Positions 27,531-36,106 of a DNA stretch of 64,000 nucleotides are shown in pieces (positions within the stretch are counted from its first letter, which is position 1; every line of letters starts with the position of its first letter). The DNA is from an uncultured Chitinophagales bacterium (GTDB lineage: Bacteria; Bacteroidota; Rhodothermia; Balneolales; CAYWCV01). The notes below the pieces were generated by a model. The model saw only the letters and a list, made by a program, of their open reading frames with translations. It was not told the origin of the DNA and did no database searches. The DNA lies in the NCBI GenBank assembly GCA_964456845.1, contig CAYWCV010000002.1, forward strand, positions 15,314-79,313, written 5' to 3'. The position numbers and the translations under genes were made by a program.

Positions 27531-28398
27531 CCGTTGGGTGTCGCGATCGTATGCTAAGATCAACCTTGGCCTATTTGTGCATGGCCGTCTTCCCGATGGC
27601 TATCATAACATCGAAACCGGTTTCGCCTACATCGATTGGAGCGACACCTTTCGGGTGAAGGTGACTCCGCAGTCTCGAATTAGATTCTCAGACCCCGATA
27701 TCCGTGCCGACGAGAACAACACCGTCGTAAAGGCCTTCCGGCTTTTCAAGCACGAATACGGTATGTCGCGTAATTATGACATACTTGTCGAGAAGTCCAT
27801 CCCAATGGGAGCTGGGCTGGGAGGAGGCAGCAGCAATGCGGCCACCATGTTGCGCATCTTGAACAAGCTGGAGAACAAGAACATCCCCCTAGACCGCCTG
27901 GCCGACACCGGGGCACTCGTAGGGTCCGATGTCCCCTTCTTCATCAGCGGGCAAACGGCAATAGGATCTGGACGAGGAATAGACCTCAGACCTGCATCCA
28001 TTCAGCCCGATGCCTGGATTTTGACGGTATATCCAAATTTTGAAAGCAGCACAGCTGAAGCATACCGATACTGCGAACCTAATGACGACCATGAATTGTC
28101 GCTAGAATCCATTCTGCTCGACGTCGATGTTGAAGAGTGGCCCTACCTGCTGGTCAACGACCTCGAGCCATCCGTCATGGTGCAGCACCCCATGATCGGC
28201 GACATAAAAGATCAAATGATGGATTTTGGAGCCGTTTATGCCTCCATGTCGGGCAGTGGATCGTCGGTGTATGGATTGTTTGACCAAGATTTTGTTGCGT
28301 TAAACGCATGGCACGGATTTACAGATTTGGGTTTCCGCGGTAATCTTACCAGGCCCTCGTTCAAGCCCGATCCAGGTATCTATGTCGACGAGTCCTGA
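27517..28398 (+). CDS. ispE: 4-diphosphocytidyl-2-C-methyl-D-erythritol kinase
   Basis: 293 aa. 'YAKINLGLFV.GR..DGYH' and the GHMP kinase motif 'PMGAGLGGGSSNAA'. It overlaps cca by 14 nt. Confidence 0.9.
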   Translation: MEQADRWVSRSYAKINLGLFVHGRLPDGYHNIETGFAYIDWSDTFRVKVTPQSRIRFSDPDIRADENNTVVKAFRLFKHEYGMSRNYDILVEKSIPMGAGLGGGSSNAATMLRILNKLENKNIPLDRLADTGALVGSDVPFFISGQTAIGSGRGIDLRPASIQPDAWILTVYPNFESSTAEAYRYCEPNDDHELSLESILLDVDVEEWPYLLVNDLEPSVMVQHPMIGDIKDQMMDFGAVYASMSGSGSSVYGLFDQDFVALNAWHGFTDLGFRGNLTRPSFKPDPGIYVDES

Positions 28399-28506
28399 AA
28401 TCGCTTCCAGCGATTTAACAGGCGTTTTGTATAGAAATCAGTATTTTACCCGCTATATGTCGCCTTTTTCGGCGCACTGATTACATCATCTGCACTTCAC
28501 CCATTT

Positions 28507-30963
28507 ATGGAAACCAATTCGATCTCCCCAAGAACCGGCATGGATGTTGACAGTCTAGCCATGGATATCCGCAATCATATGCGGTACACGTTGGCTAAAG
28601 ACAGCTTTTCTGCCAATGATTGGGATCGTTACAGAAGCCTCGTACTCACCGTTCTCGACAGGCTTCATGATAAATGGATCCAAACACAGCAAAAGTATTA
28701 CGCGAACGACGTTAAGCGGGTGTATTACATTTCGATGGAGTTTTTGATCGGGCGACAGCTCGACAACGCACTGCTTAATCTTGGCATTAAAGACGAGGTG
28801 CAAAAAGCCCTCGAAGAGCTTGGCTTCGACTACAATGAGCTGCGCGACGCCGAATGGGATGCCGGTCTTGGAAACGGAGGTCTCGGCAGGCTCGCAGCCT
28901 GTTTTCTCGACTCCATGGCCACGATGGGACTGCCGGGGTATGGCTATGGCATCCGTTATGACTACGGGATCTTCTATCAGAAAATTATAGACGGGTTTCA
29001 GGTTGAATCACCCGACATGTGGCTCCGATATGGCAACCCTTGGGACATCGTGCGCCCCAAACTGACCTATGCCGTCGATTTTTACGGCGACGTCGTATCT
29101 AGGACCGATGCCGACGGCAAGATTCACTTCGAATGGCGCAACACAGAAAAGGTGATCGCCGTGGCCTACGACACCCCTGTTCCAGGCTACAACAACGATG
29201 TGGTCAACAATCTGCGTTTATGGAAAGCCAGTGCATCCAAATCGATTGACCTTCACGTGTTCAATCAGGGCGATTACGTGAATGCCATTCGCGACATTGA
29301 GCTCCAGGAGAACATCTCGCGTGTGCTGTATCCCAACGACAAGGTGTTTGTGGGCATGGAGCTTCGTCTGAAGCAAGAATACTTCTTGGTTTCGGCAACA
29401 CTTCAAGACATTATCAGACGATTTAAGAAGCAATACGGCGATTTTCGACAGCTTCCCGACAAGGTGGCCATTCAGTGCAACGATACGCACCCGAACCTTG
29501 CCATTCCTGAACTGATGCGCATCTTGGTCGACCTTGAGGGGCTCGATTGGGACACCAGTTGGGACATCACCACCCGTACCATCGCATACACGAACCACAC
29601 CATCCTGCCCGAGGCATTAGAAAAGTGGCCCGTCACCCTCTTACGTTCGCTGCTGCCACGGCATTTGCAGATCATTTTTGAAATCAACAACCGCTTTTTG
29701 GGCAATGTTAGATCCCATTTTGGTGAGGATGTAAACCGTATACGCCGTATGAGCATTATCGGTGAAGGCGAGCAGCCCATGGTGCAGATGGCGAGCCTTG
29801 GCATTGTTGGCTCCCACAAAGTAAACGGTGTTTCAGCATTACATACCGATCTGCTCAAGAAGACCATCTTCAAGGACTTTCACGAAATGTGGCCCGACAA
29901 GTTCGTGAACATGACCAACGGCATCACACAGCGTCGTTGGCTGAATCAATGCAATCCCAAACTTTCGGCGCTTATAAATGAGGCCATAGGCAAAGATTGG
30001 CAATATGATCTCAGCGCATTGCGTGCACTTGAGTCACACGCCAACAAGGCTGCCTACCGCAAGAAGTTTGCATCGGTGAAACGGGCTAACAAGAAAGTGC
30101 TTGCACAGTACATAAAGAGCCATTACAACATTGACCTGAACTTGGATTCGATCTTCGACATCCAAATCAAGCGGATCCATGAATATAAACGCCAACTTAT
30201 GGCGATTTTCCATGCCATTACGCTGTATAACCGCATCAAGGCAGATCCGAATGCGCCCTTTCAACCACGAACCATCATTTTCGGAGGAAAAGCGGCTCCG
30301 GGCTATGCCATGGCCAAACTGCATATCAAGCTCATCAACGACGTGGCCAATGTAATCAACAACGACCCCGTAGTTGGCGACAAATTGAAGGTGGTGTTCA
30401 TGGCCAACTACAGCGTCACGCTGGCTGAGAAAATGATTCCTGCAGCCGAGCTGAGCGAACAAATTTCAACCGCCGGCATGGAAGCTTCGGGCACAGGTAA
30501 CATGAAGTTTGCACTCAATGGCTCACTAACTATCGGCACAATGGATGGTGCCAATGTCGAGATGAGCGAGGAAATCGGCGAAGAAAATATGTTCATCTTC
30601 GGACTGACGGTCGACAAAGTTGCCGAACTCCGTCGCAGTGGATACAACCCTTACGATGTGTACCACTCCAACCCCGAGCTCAAGCTTGTTATCGACCAAA
30701 TCCAAAATGGTTATTTTAATCCCGAGAAGGCAGACTTGTACCACGCCATCATTCACGCACTTATGAACGAGGGCGATTATTTCCTTGTTCTCGCCGACTT
30801 TGCGGACTATCTCCGGGCACAGGCCGATGTTGAAAAAGTGTACGCCGAAACCGAAAAGTGGAACAAGATGGCCATACTGAATGTGGCACGTGTTGGCAAG
30901 TTCAGCTCAGATCGAACGATTGCCGACTATGCCCGCGAAATCTGGAACACAAAGCCAGTATAA
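28507..30963 (+). CDS. glgP: Glycogen/maltodextrin phosphorylase (GT35)
   Basis: 818 aa. 'GLGNGGLGRLAACFLDS' and the PLP-lysine motif 'EASGTGNMKFALNG'. Confidence 0.95.
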   Translation: METNSISPRTGMDVDSLAMDIRNHMRYTLAKDSFSANDWDRYRSLVLTVLDRLHDKWIQTQQKYYANDVKRVYYISMEFLIGRQLDNALLNLGIKDEVQKALEELGFDYNELRDAEWDAGLGNGGLGRLAACFLDSMATMGLPGYGYGIRYDYGIFYQKIIDGFQVESPDMWLRYGNPWDIVRPKLTYAVDFYGDVVSRTDADGKIHFEWRNTEKVIAVAYDTPVPGYNNDVVNNLRLWKASASKSIDLHVFNQGDYVNAIRDIELQENISRVLYPNDKVFVGMELRLKQEYFLVSATLQDIIRRFKKQYGDFRQLPDKVAIQCNDTHPNLAIPELMRILVDLEGLDWDTSWDITTRTIAYTNHTILPEALEKWPVTLLRSLLPRHLQIIFEINNRFLGNVRSHFGEDVNRIRRMSIIGEGEQPMVQMASLGIVGSHKVNGVSALHTDLLKKTIFKDFHEMWPDKFVNMTNGITQRRWLNQCNPKLSALINEAIGKDWQYDLSALRALESHANKAAYRKKFASVKRANKKVLAQYIKSHYNIDLNLDSIFDIQIKRIHEYKRQLMAIFHAITLYNRIKADPNAPFQPRTIIFGGKAAPGYAMAKLHIKLINDVANVINNDPVVGDKLKVVFMANYSVTLAEKMIPAAELSEQISTAGMEASGTGNMKFALNGSLTIGTMDGANVEMSEEIGEENMFIFGLTVDKVAELRRSGYNPYDVYHSNPELKLVIDQIQNGYFNPEKADLYHAIIHALMNEGDYFLVLADFADYLRAQADVEKVYAETEKWNKMAILNVARVGKFSSDRTIADYAREIWNTKPV

Positions 30964-30988
30964 TAAGGCTAACGATAGGCAGAGATCT

Positions 30989-31798
30989 TTAACGCAGCAC
31001 GAAACGGAACGTAATGGTGCCCCACTGGGGCTCTTGCGGCACACCGCTTGGTAGGCGTGCAAAACGCCAGCTACGGATCGTAGAAAGTACCTCTTTCTCT
31101 AGCGACGGACTCATCTTGCGAAGTGGAACGATCTGGTTCACGCGACCATCGGGCATCACTTGAAACCGCACCGATATCACCGCTTCGACCTCTTCGTTGT
31201 AGTTCGGCAACGGTTGCTGTAACGGTGCCCTTACGATGTCGCCCTCCCACTCGAGCGAGAAAGGAGCCGATTTTGTCGGGTCGTTTGCCGAGCCCTGATC
31301 GGCCGCCTGACCTGTGGTTCCACGTATGTCGCCGCTTCGCTGGGCGCCCTCCTGCTGGGTCTGGGCTTGTTGGGTGCGTGGAGGCACCGTGACCTCCTGA
31401 CGCTGTCGGTCGGTTGTGCGCTCAGGATTCACGCGAGGGGTTTCTGGCGTGCGAATGATGTCGTTTTCGACTTGCTGTGTTTGTTTTGGTGCTTCTACCG
31501 GTTTACTGACCTCGTTGTTACGAGTCTCAGGAACCGGTTTTACTTCTTCAACGGGCTTTGGGTCGATGGGATCGACAGGCGAAGGATTCGGATTCGTGGC
31601 CACTTGTTCGGGTCTGTCGACGGAGAACTGGCTTTGTGTGCCATCCATGAACTCGCCAATGGTTACCTCAAGGTAGGCATAGCGCTGCGGCTCGGTTCCC
31701 ACTATAATGAATAAAGCGAGCAGGAACACCACTCCGTGGATCGCCAACGAATAGATGACGCCCTCACGCTCTTCCTTGCTCAACTTTATGCGGCTCAT
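30989..31798 (-). CDS. tonB: Energy transducer TonB
   Basis: 269 aa. N-terminal TM 'LAIHGVVFLLALFIIV', a Pro/Gln-rich spacer, and a C-terminal TonB domain 'VISVRFQVMPDGRV...'. It lies directly downstream of exbB-exbD. Confidence 0.8.
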   Translation of the reverse strand: MSRIKLSKEEREGVIYSLAIHGVVFLLALFIIVGTEPQRYAYLEVTIGEFMDGTQSQFSVDRPEQVATNPNPSPVDPIDPKPVEEVKPVPETRNNEVSKPVEAPKQTQQVENDIIRTPETPRVNPERTTDRQRQEVTVPPRTQQAQTQQEGAQRSGDIRGTTGQAADQGSANDPTKSAPFSLEWEGDIVRAPLQQPLPNYNEEVEAVISVRFQVMPDGRVNQIVPLRKMSPSLEKEVLSTIRSWRFARLPSGVPQEPQWGTITFRFVLR

Positions 31799-31801
31799 GT
31801 G

Positions 31802-32209
31802 TTACTCCTGTTCTGTGGCAATCAAAGACTTCATCTGCAAGCTTTGACCCATGGTCAATACGTCGACCAGTTTCTGAATGTCGGCCTCCTTGTCGGCCCT
31901 CACTACTAACGTAGCCGTAGGGTTTTTCGTGTGCTCTTCGCGGATACGGTCCCTCATAGTTTGCACATCGCGGGTCTCGCGGCCCATCACATAAAACTTC
32001 CCGTCTTTGGTGATGGCAACTTCCACCAATTTGGATTCTGGCGGAGCCCCTGCCTCAGAATTCGGGATTTCTACCTTGATTCCGAAGTTGGTCACAAAGG
32101 ACGATGTGAGCAGGAAGAAGATGAGCAGGAGCATCACAATATCGGTCAACGACGAATGTGAGAACATCGCCAGGACCTTCGGGCGGGTGCTGTCGTCGCG
32201 GAAATTCAT
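31802..32209 (-). CDS. exbD: Biopolymer transport protein ExbD/TolR
   Basis: 135 aa. 'LTDIVMLLLIFFLLTSSF' TM with the conserved Asp, then a periplasmic domain ending 'ADKEADIQKLVDVL'. Confidence 0.88.
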   Translation of the reverse strand: MNFRDDSTRPKVLAMFSHSSLTDIVMLLLIFFLLTSSFVTNFGIKVEIPNSEAGAPPESKLVEVAITKDGKFYVMGRETRDVQTMRDRIREEHTKNPTATLVVRADKEADIQKLVDVLTMGQSLQMKSLIATEQE

Positions 32210-32949
32210 CGTGCGGGTGGTGCTGTGGTCGTTTTCTTTGGGGTCGGTGTCTGCAGAAGGTCGATGAAATCGGTCGATGCAGACTCTAATTCAAAGATTT
32301 TACGGTTAATCTTGGTGAGCAAAAAGTTGTAGAATCCGTAGGCGATGATACCCACCAACAATCCGAATGCCGTGGTAATAAGAGCCTCCCAGATGCCGCC
32401 TGCGAGCAAGCTGGCATTCACTTGTCCTTCCATGGTCTGAATCTGCTGAAAAGCCTCAATCATACCGGTAACAGTACCCAAGAATCCCAATAAAGGGGCA
32501 ACGCCGGCAATAGTGGCCAGCCAGTCCATCTTGCTTTCGAGGCGGTAGGCTTCCGCCTTGCCCGACGACATGATGGCGTCTTCGATTTCCTTGATTGGAC
32601 GACCAAGGCGCTGCAAGCCCTTGACTAAAATCCGCGCTAGCGGCTTGTCGGTCTGTTCGCAATACCGGATAGCTTGACGCACGTTGCCTTCGGTAAGCAT
32701 GTCGTGGACATCGGCTAAAAAACCGTCCATTTTCATGGATGATTTTGATATCACCCTCCAACGCTCCACGATCACGATGATAGCTATGACCGACAACACA
32801 GCGATTGGGATCATCAGAAGCCCACCCTGCACGAGCATATCGAGCAACGTCATGCGTTCCGGTTCAGCGGTTGCCAAACTGAGCGTGTCCATCATGGCTG
32901 GATCGATCTGAAAGGCCATAAGCAGGGTGTACATGATGTAAGCAGTCAT
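32206..32949 (-). CDS. exbB: MotA/TolQ/ExbB proton channel protein
   Basis: 247 aa. C-terminal 'IAGVAPLLGFLGTVTGMI.AF' and 'GIWEALITTAFGL' are family signatures. Confidence 0.88.
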   Translation of the reverse strand: MTAYIMYTLLMAFQIDPAMMDTLSLATAEPERMTLLDMLVQGGLLMIPIAVLSVIAIIVIVERWRVISKSSMKMDGFLADVHDMLTEGNVRQAIRYCEQTDKPLARILVKGLQRLGRPIKEIEDAIMSSGKAEAYRLESKMDWLATIAGVAPLLGFLGTVTGMIEAFQQIQTMEGQVNASLLAGGIWEALITTAFGLLVGIIAYGFYNFLLTKINRKIFELESASTDFIDLLQTPTPKKTTTAPPAR

Positions 32950-32998
32950 AAATGGGAAGGTACTATTTTGTGAATATAACGTTTTTTAATTGCTCAAA

Positions 32999-34120
32999 TT
33001 ATTGCTGTCCATACTGTCGGACCACATCGGATTGAAATTTTCTATCTAAGGTGGAGTTAGCTTCTCGGGCGGCTTCGCGTGTTTCAAACTGACCGAGATG
33101 GAGCTCCCAGGCAATTTCTCCTTGCACGCGCACCCGGAACAACCGTGCACGTGTATTTGCCGCCGTTACTTCGTCGAATATCTCGTTGGCAACACGCTCG
33201 GTGAACATGGTGGCAGACACAATGGTGAAATAACGTGGTGTATCCTGTTGCCATGAACCAGCAAGACCGAAGGAACCAACCTCGGCAGGTATAACCACGG
33301 GATCTTGTACCTCAGGTTCTTGCTCTTGTTCCTGCACCTGCCCTAACCCTTGCCCTTGCTCTTGCTCTTGCTCTTGCATCCCCATGGCCGCATCCTGATT
33401 TTGGACAATGGTTGGCGATTCGAGGGTAATGCTTCCGGGGTCATTGCGAGTAACATAGTCGGGAAAGACTTCATGGAACGATGGCATTCCGGTACCTGCG
33501 AGCCAGCCCTTGTACCAAGAGACGCCGGCACCTGCAAGAAGAGTGATTGAAAAAGCAGCGATACCCACCAATTTGCGCCAGCGCTCGCCCTTGTGCACAT
33601 AGTTGTCGTCAATGCGTATCTCAAGAGGGAGGGTGTGGGGATCCCGCCATTTGAGCGGCGGGGTTTTCAGGTCAACTACCTTAGGGACGTCTGAGCTTGC
33701 GGTTGTAACTGGTGTTTCCTCCAACTCAACGACATCTTGGGCGATAGGTGACTCGGAGTCCAGTAATTGATCGTCGACATCTGCCACTTCAGGTTCGTTG
33801 ATGACGAATACGGCCGTTTCGGGGATTTCGGTGTCTTCATGATCAGAATGCGTGCCATCATGTCGGGCTACTTCCACGACGATTGGCTGTAGACCATGGT
33901 AGCGAAAGTTGATGTCCATCTCCAGTGTCGGATCCGTCTCAAAAGTCATCTGGTCGCCGTTGAGGCGGAAGGTACCCAGCCCGGGCAGCTCTGCTGCACC
34001 ATGCTCCTTCAAACTGCGATGCAACTGCTCCAATACCTCATGCAAACCATGACCCGCCGTCTTGATTTCAATCTTCAGCCTCTCAGAGAGAATGTCGATA
34101 AGTTTGTAGTGGTCGATCAT
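32999..34120 (-). CDS. HU-CCDC81(bac_2)-like / TM / SPOR domain protein
   Basis: Likely start at ATG 34120 ('MIDHYKLIDILSERL...LPGLGTFRL'), not at track start 34180. TM 'LVGIAAFSITLLAGAGVSWY', low-complexity 'QEQEQEQGQGLGQVQEQEQE', and a C-terminal SPOR-like 'YFTIVSATMFTERVANE...LHLGQFETREAAREA'. Confidence 0.7.
   Translation of the reverse strand: MIDHYKLIDILSERLKIEIKTAGHGLHEVLEQLHRSLKEHGAAELPGLGTFRLNGDQMTFETDPTLEMDINFRYHGLQPIVVEVARHDGTHSDHEDTEIPETAVFVINEPEVADVDDQLLDSESPIAQDVVELEETPVTTASSDVPKVVDLKTPPLKWRDPHTLPLEIRIDDNYVHKGERWRKLVGIAAFSITLLAGAGVSWYKGWLAGTGMPSFHEVFPDYVTRNDPGSITLESPTIVQNQDAAMGMQEQEQEQGQGLGQVQEQEQEPEVQDPVVIPAEVGSFGLAGSWQQDTPRYFTIVSATMFTERVANEIFDEVTAANTRARLFRVRVQGEIAWELHLGQFETREAAREANSTLDRKFQSDVVRQYGQQ
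33317..33377. repeat. Hexanucleotide array (CTTGCT/CTTGCC)n
   Basis: Read directly. 33355-33376 'cttgctcttgctcttgctcttg' is identical to 4951-4972. It encodes the QEQEQE tract of the SPOR protein on the minus strand. Confidence 0.9.
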
Positions 34121-34121
34121 C

Positions 34122-34313
34122 TCACGAGTCCGGGTTGAAATGCAACCGGTCGGATGGCGGCGCCATACTAACGGTACCATCGCTCATCAACTGCCGCTGC
34201 TGGCTATGGTGTTCGACTTTGAACGTACCCAAGGAGGGGATCGAGACTACCCCCCGTTTCATCAGCTCCTCACGAATAATCTTGACCAGTTCTGACTTTA
34301 ATTCCTCGTTCAT
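34122..34313 (-). CDS. Small HU-CCDC81(bac_1)-like protein
   Basis: 63 aa. 'ELVKIIREELMKRGVVSIPSLGTFKVEHH...APPSDRLHF' resembles the first HU-like domain that is normally fused N-terminally to HU/SPOR proteins. Its TGA stop sits 1 nt before the ATG of the next gene (TGAgATG). Confidence 0.6.
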   Translation of the reverse strand: MNEELKSELVKIIREELMKRGVVSIPSLGTFKVEHHSQQRQLMSDGTVSMAPPSDRLHFNPDS

Positions 34314-34314
34314 C

Positions 34315-35967
34315 TTACAACTTGATTACCACCCCCCCATAAACTTGAATCGGACGTTCGTTGTATCCTTTCCAAAGTTGATAGTCGCTTCCAAGCAAAT
34401 TCAAGCCTTTGACATAAAAACCGACTTGTTCGGCAATCATGAATTCAGCCTGTGCATTGAGAAGCATGTAACTGTCAAGAAGCTCACCCTCTACACCCGT
34501 TTCGCGGTCGCCTACGTAATGCAACCAACTTTTGATGGCAATTCTGCGGAACGGAGTAATTTGAGTTTCAGCAATCAGGCCTGTGTTCTCGACAAAGGGC
34601 ACTTTAGAGCCGTCGTCAAGTTTGTGGATCTGATTATAGATGGTGCCATGAAGCGTCAAAATGGATGGGATAATCGTGACTTGGGCACCAGCCTGGATGC
34701 GGAATTGCCTCATGTTATCGTCGTAGACCATGTCGTACAACGACCCAGGAACTAACAGCGGGCTCTTCTGAAAGTATCCATATTTGGGTGAAATACGGTA
34801 CTGAACACCACCCGACACCGTGATTGCGTTTAACAGATTAAGGTCAAGTCGCCCGTCGGCAACCCACTTGCTCTCGTTTTCGGAGCTCAAATCGAGATTG
34901 GCGAACCGGTTTGAATTGTGAGCACCCTCCAAACCGGCATTAGTGGCTTCACCGTACAAGTGGCCCGTGACAATGATGTTTTGCAGACCAAAATACTCCA
35001 CCTTGGCATCTGGATAGACGTATGGTCTGCTGCCAGAAACATCAGAACCATAATACAGGCGTCCACCAAGTGTAAACCTGCTAGAATAATTCTGACGCGT
35101 CTGATAGGACGGCATCACACCCACCAAAGCCCATGATTGCGTCGTTTGGTCCGTTCGTTGATATTGCGCAGCATCTATGCGTCCATGGACCAGAAAAATG
35201 TCGTTGATGCGGCTGCCGGCCCACTGCGTGGTGGAGCGTGCGGAGAATCGGTGTTCGTCGTTGGTGAAGTCCGATACATTGGCACCCACCGAGAAGTAGT
35301 CGTAACCGGCGTACACATCGGTGTGTGTCAGCGTATTTGTAACGTGCCGGTACTGCGCTTTGAATCCAACCCCCATGTAGTTCTTTTGCACATCTGGGTT
35401 ATTGGTGTCGTTAAAATCGTCGTGCAGCGTCCCCAATAACCTTAAGTTGCCCTTTTCCCCCATTTTCGTCGAGATTCCGCCCTGAATATTCATCAGCCTG
35501 AATGCACTGTTCTCATCGAGGTGGCCTCCGCTGCCGTCGTAGGTAAATCCACCAATGAACGATGTCCTGGCGTTTAACGGCGCTTCAATCGATGCGCTTG
35601 CCTCAGGACTGCTAAAGCGGCCATAGCCGCCACGGGCATAAAGGCTTGTGCGCTGGGGATAAATGATTCTGCGACGTGTGGGGGCAACCGGTCTTTCAAG
35701 ATCGTCGATCGGCATGCTGGCCCGGATTTGCTCTTCAGTCTCCATAAAAGGCAGCCTGTTCGGATCAAGCGCGTAAAGACGTTGGTTGTTTGTGAAACCC
35801 AAGATCGGCTGCCGTATCAAATTGGCGAACCTCACCCGAAAGTCTCCCCTGATCTCAATATCCTGAGGATCTATTTCTGGAAGAAGCGTGCCGGTTTGCG
35901 TCTGGGCAAACGAAACAGCCCCGCCCATCAGCGAAAACAATAGTGTAAAGAGGGTTTTCTTCATCAT
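34315..35967 (-). CDS. Outer-membrane beta-barrel protein (TonB-dependent-receptor-like barrel, no recognisable plug)
   Basis: 550 aa with signal peptide 'MMKKTLFTLLFSLMGGAVSFAQ'. Long alternating beta pattern, and a TBDR-like C-terminal 'GLNLLGSDYQLWKGYNERPIQVYGGVVIKL'. It is the first gene of the run ending in exbB-exbD-tonB. Confidence 0.45.
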   Translation of the reverse strand: MMKKTLFTLLFSLMGGAVSFAQTQTGTLLPEIDPQDIEIRGDFRVRFANLIRQPILGFTNNQRLYALDPNRLPFMETEEQIRASMPIDDLERPVAPTRRRIIYPQRTSLYARGGYGRFSSPEASASIEAPLNARTSFIGGFTYDGSGGHLDENSAFRLMNIQGGISTKMGEKGNLRLLGTLHDDFNDTNNPDVQKNYMGVGFKAQYRHVTNTLTHTDVYAGYDYFSVGANVSDFTNDEHRFSARSTTQWAGSRINDIFLVHGRIDAAQYQRTDQTTQSWALVGVMPSYQTRQNYSSRFTLGGRLYYGSDVSGSRPYVYPDAKVEYFGLQNIIVTGHLYGEATNAGLEGAHNSNRFANLDLSSENESKWVADGRLDLNLLNAITVSGGVQYRISPKYGYFQKSPLLVPGSLYDMVYDDNMRQFRIQAGAQVTIIPSILTLHGTIYNQIHKLDDGSKVPFVENTGLIAETQITPFRRIAIKSWLHYVGDRETGVEGELLDSYMLLNAQAEFMIAEQVGFYVKGLNLLGSDYQLWKGYNERPIQVYGGVVIKL

Positions 35968-36106
35968 AAAGCAAATGTACCGGCCGTCAATGTAAAGGAT
36001 CCCAAATCTTGGATGAATATACCAAAATGAGGCATGAGCACCTAAATGAACCGTGCCATTACGAAGCCCAATTCTTCTGATAAACCCGTTTCAAGGGCAT
36101 TTATTG

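Noticed and set aside
28398-28416. 8-bp hairpin aaatcgct-tcc-agcgattt right after the ispE stop
   Set aside because: The stem is real, but it overlaps the stop codon and has no following T-run (only ...aacaggcgttttgt). That is too weak to call an intrinsic terminator.
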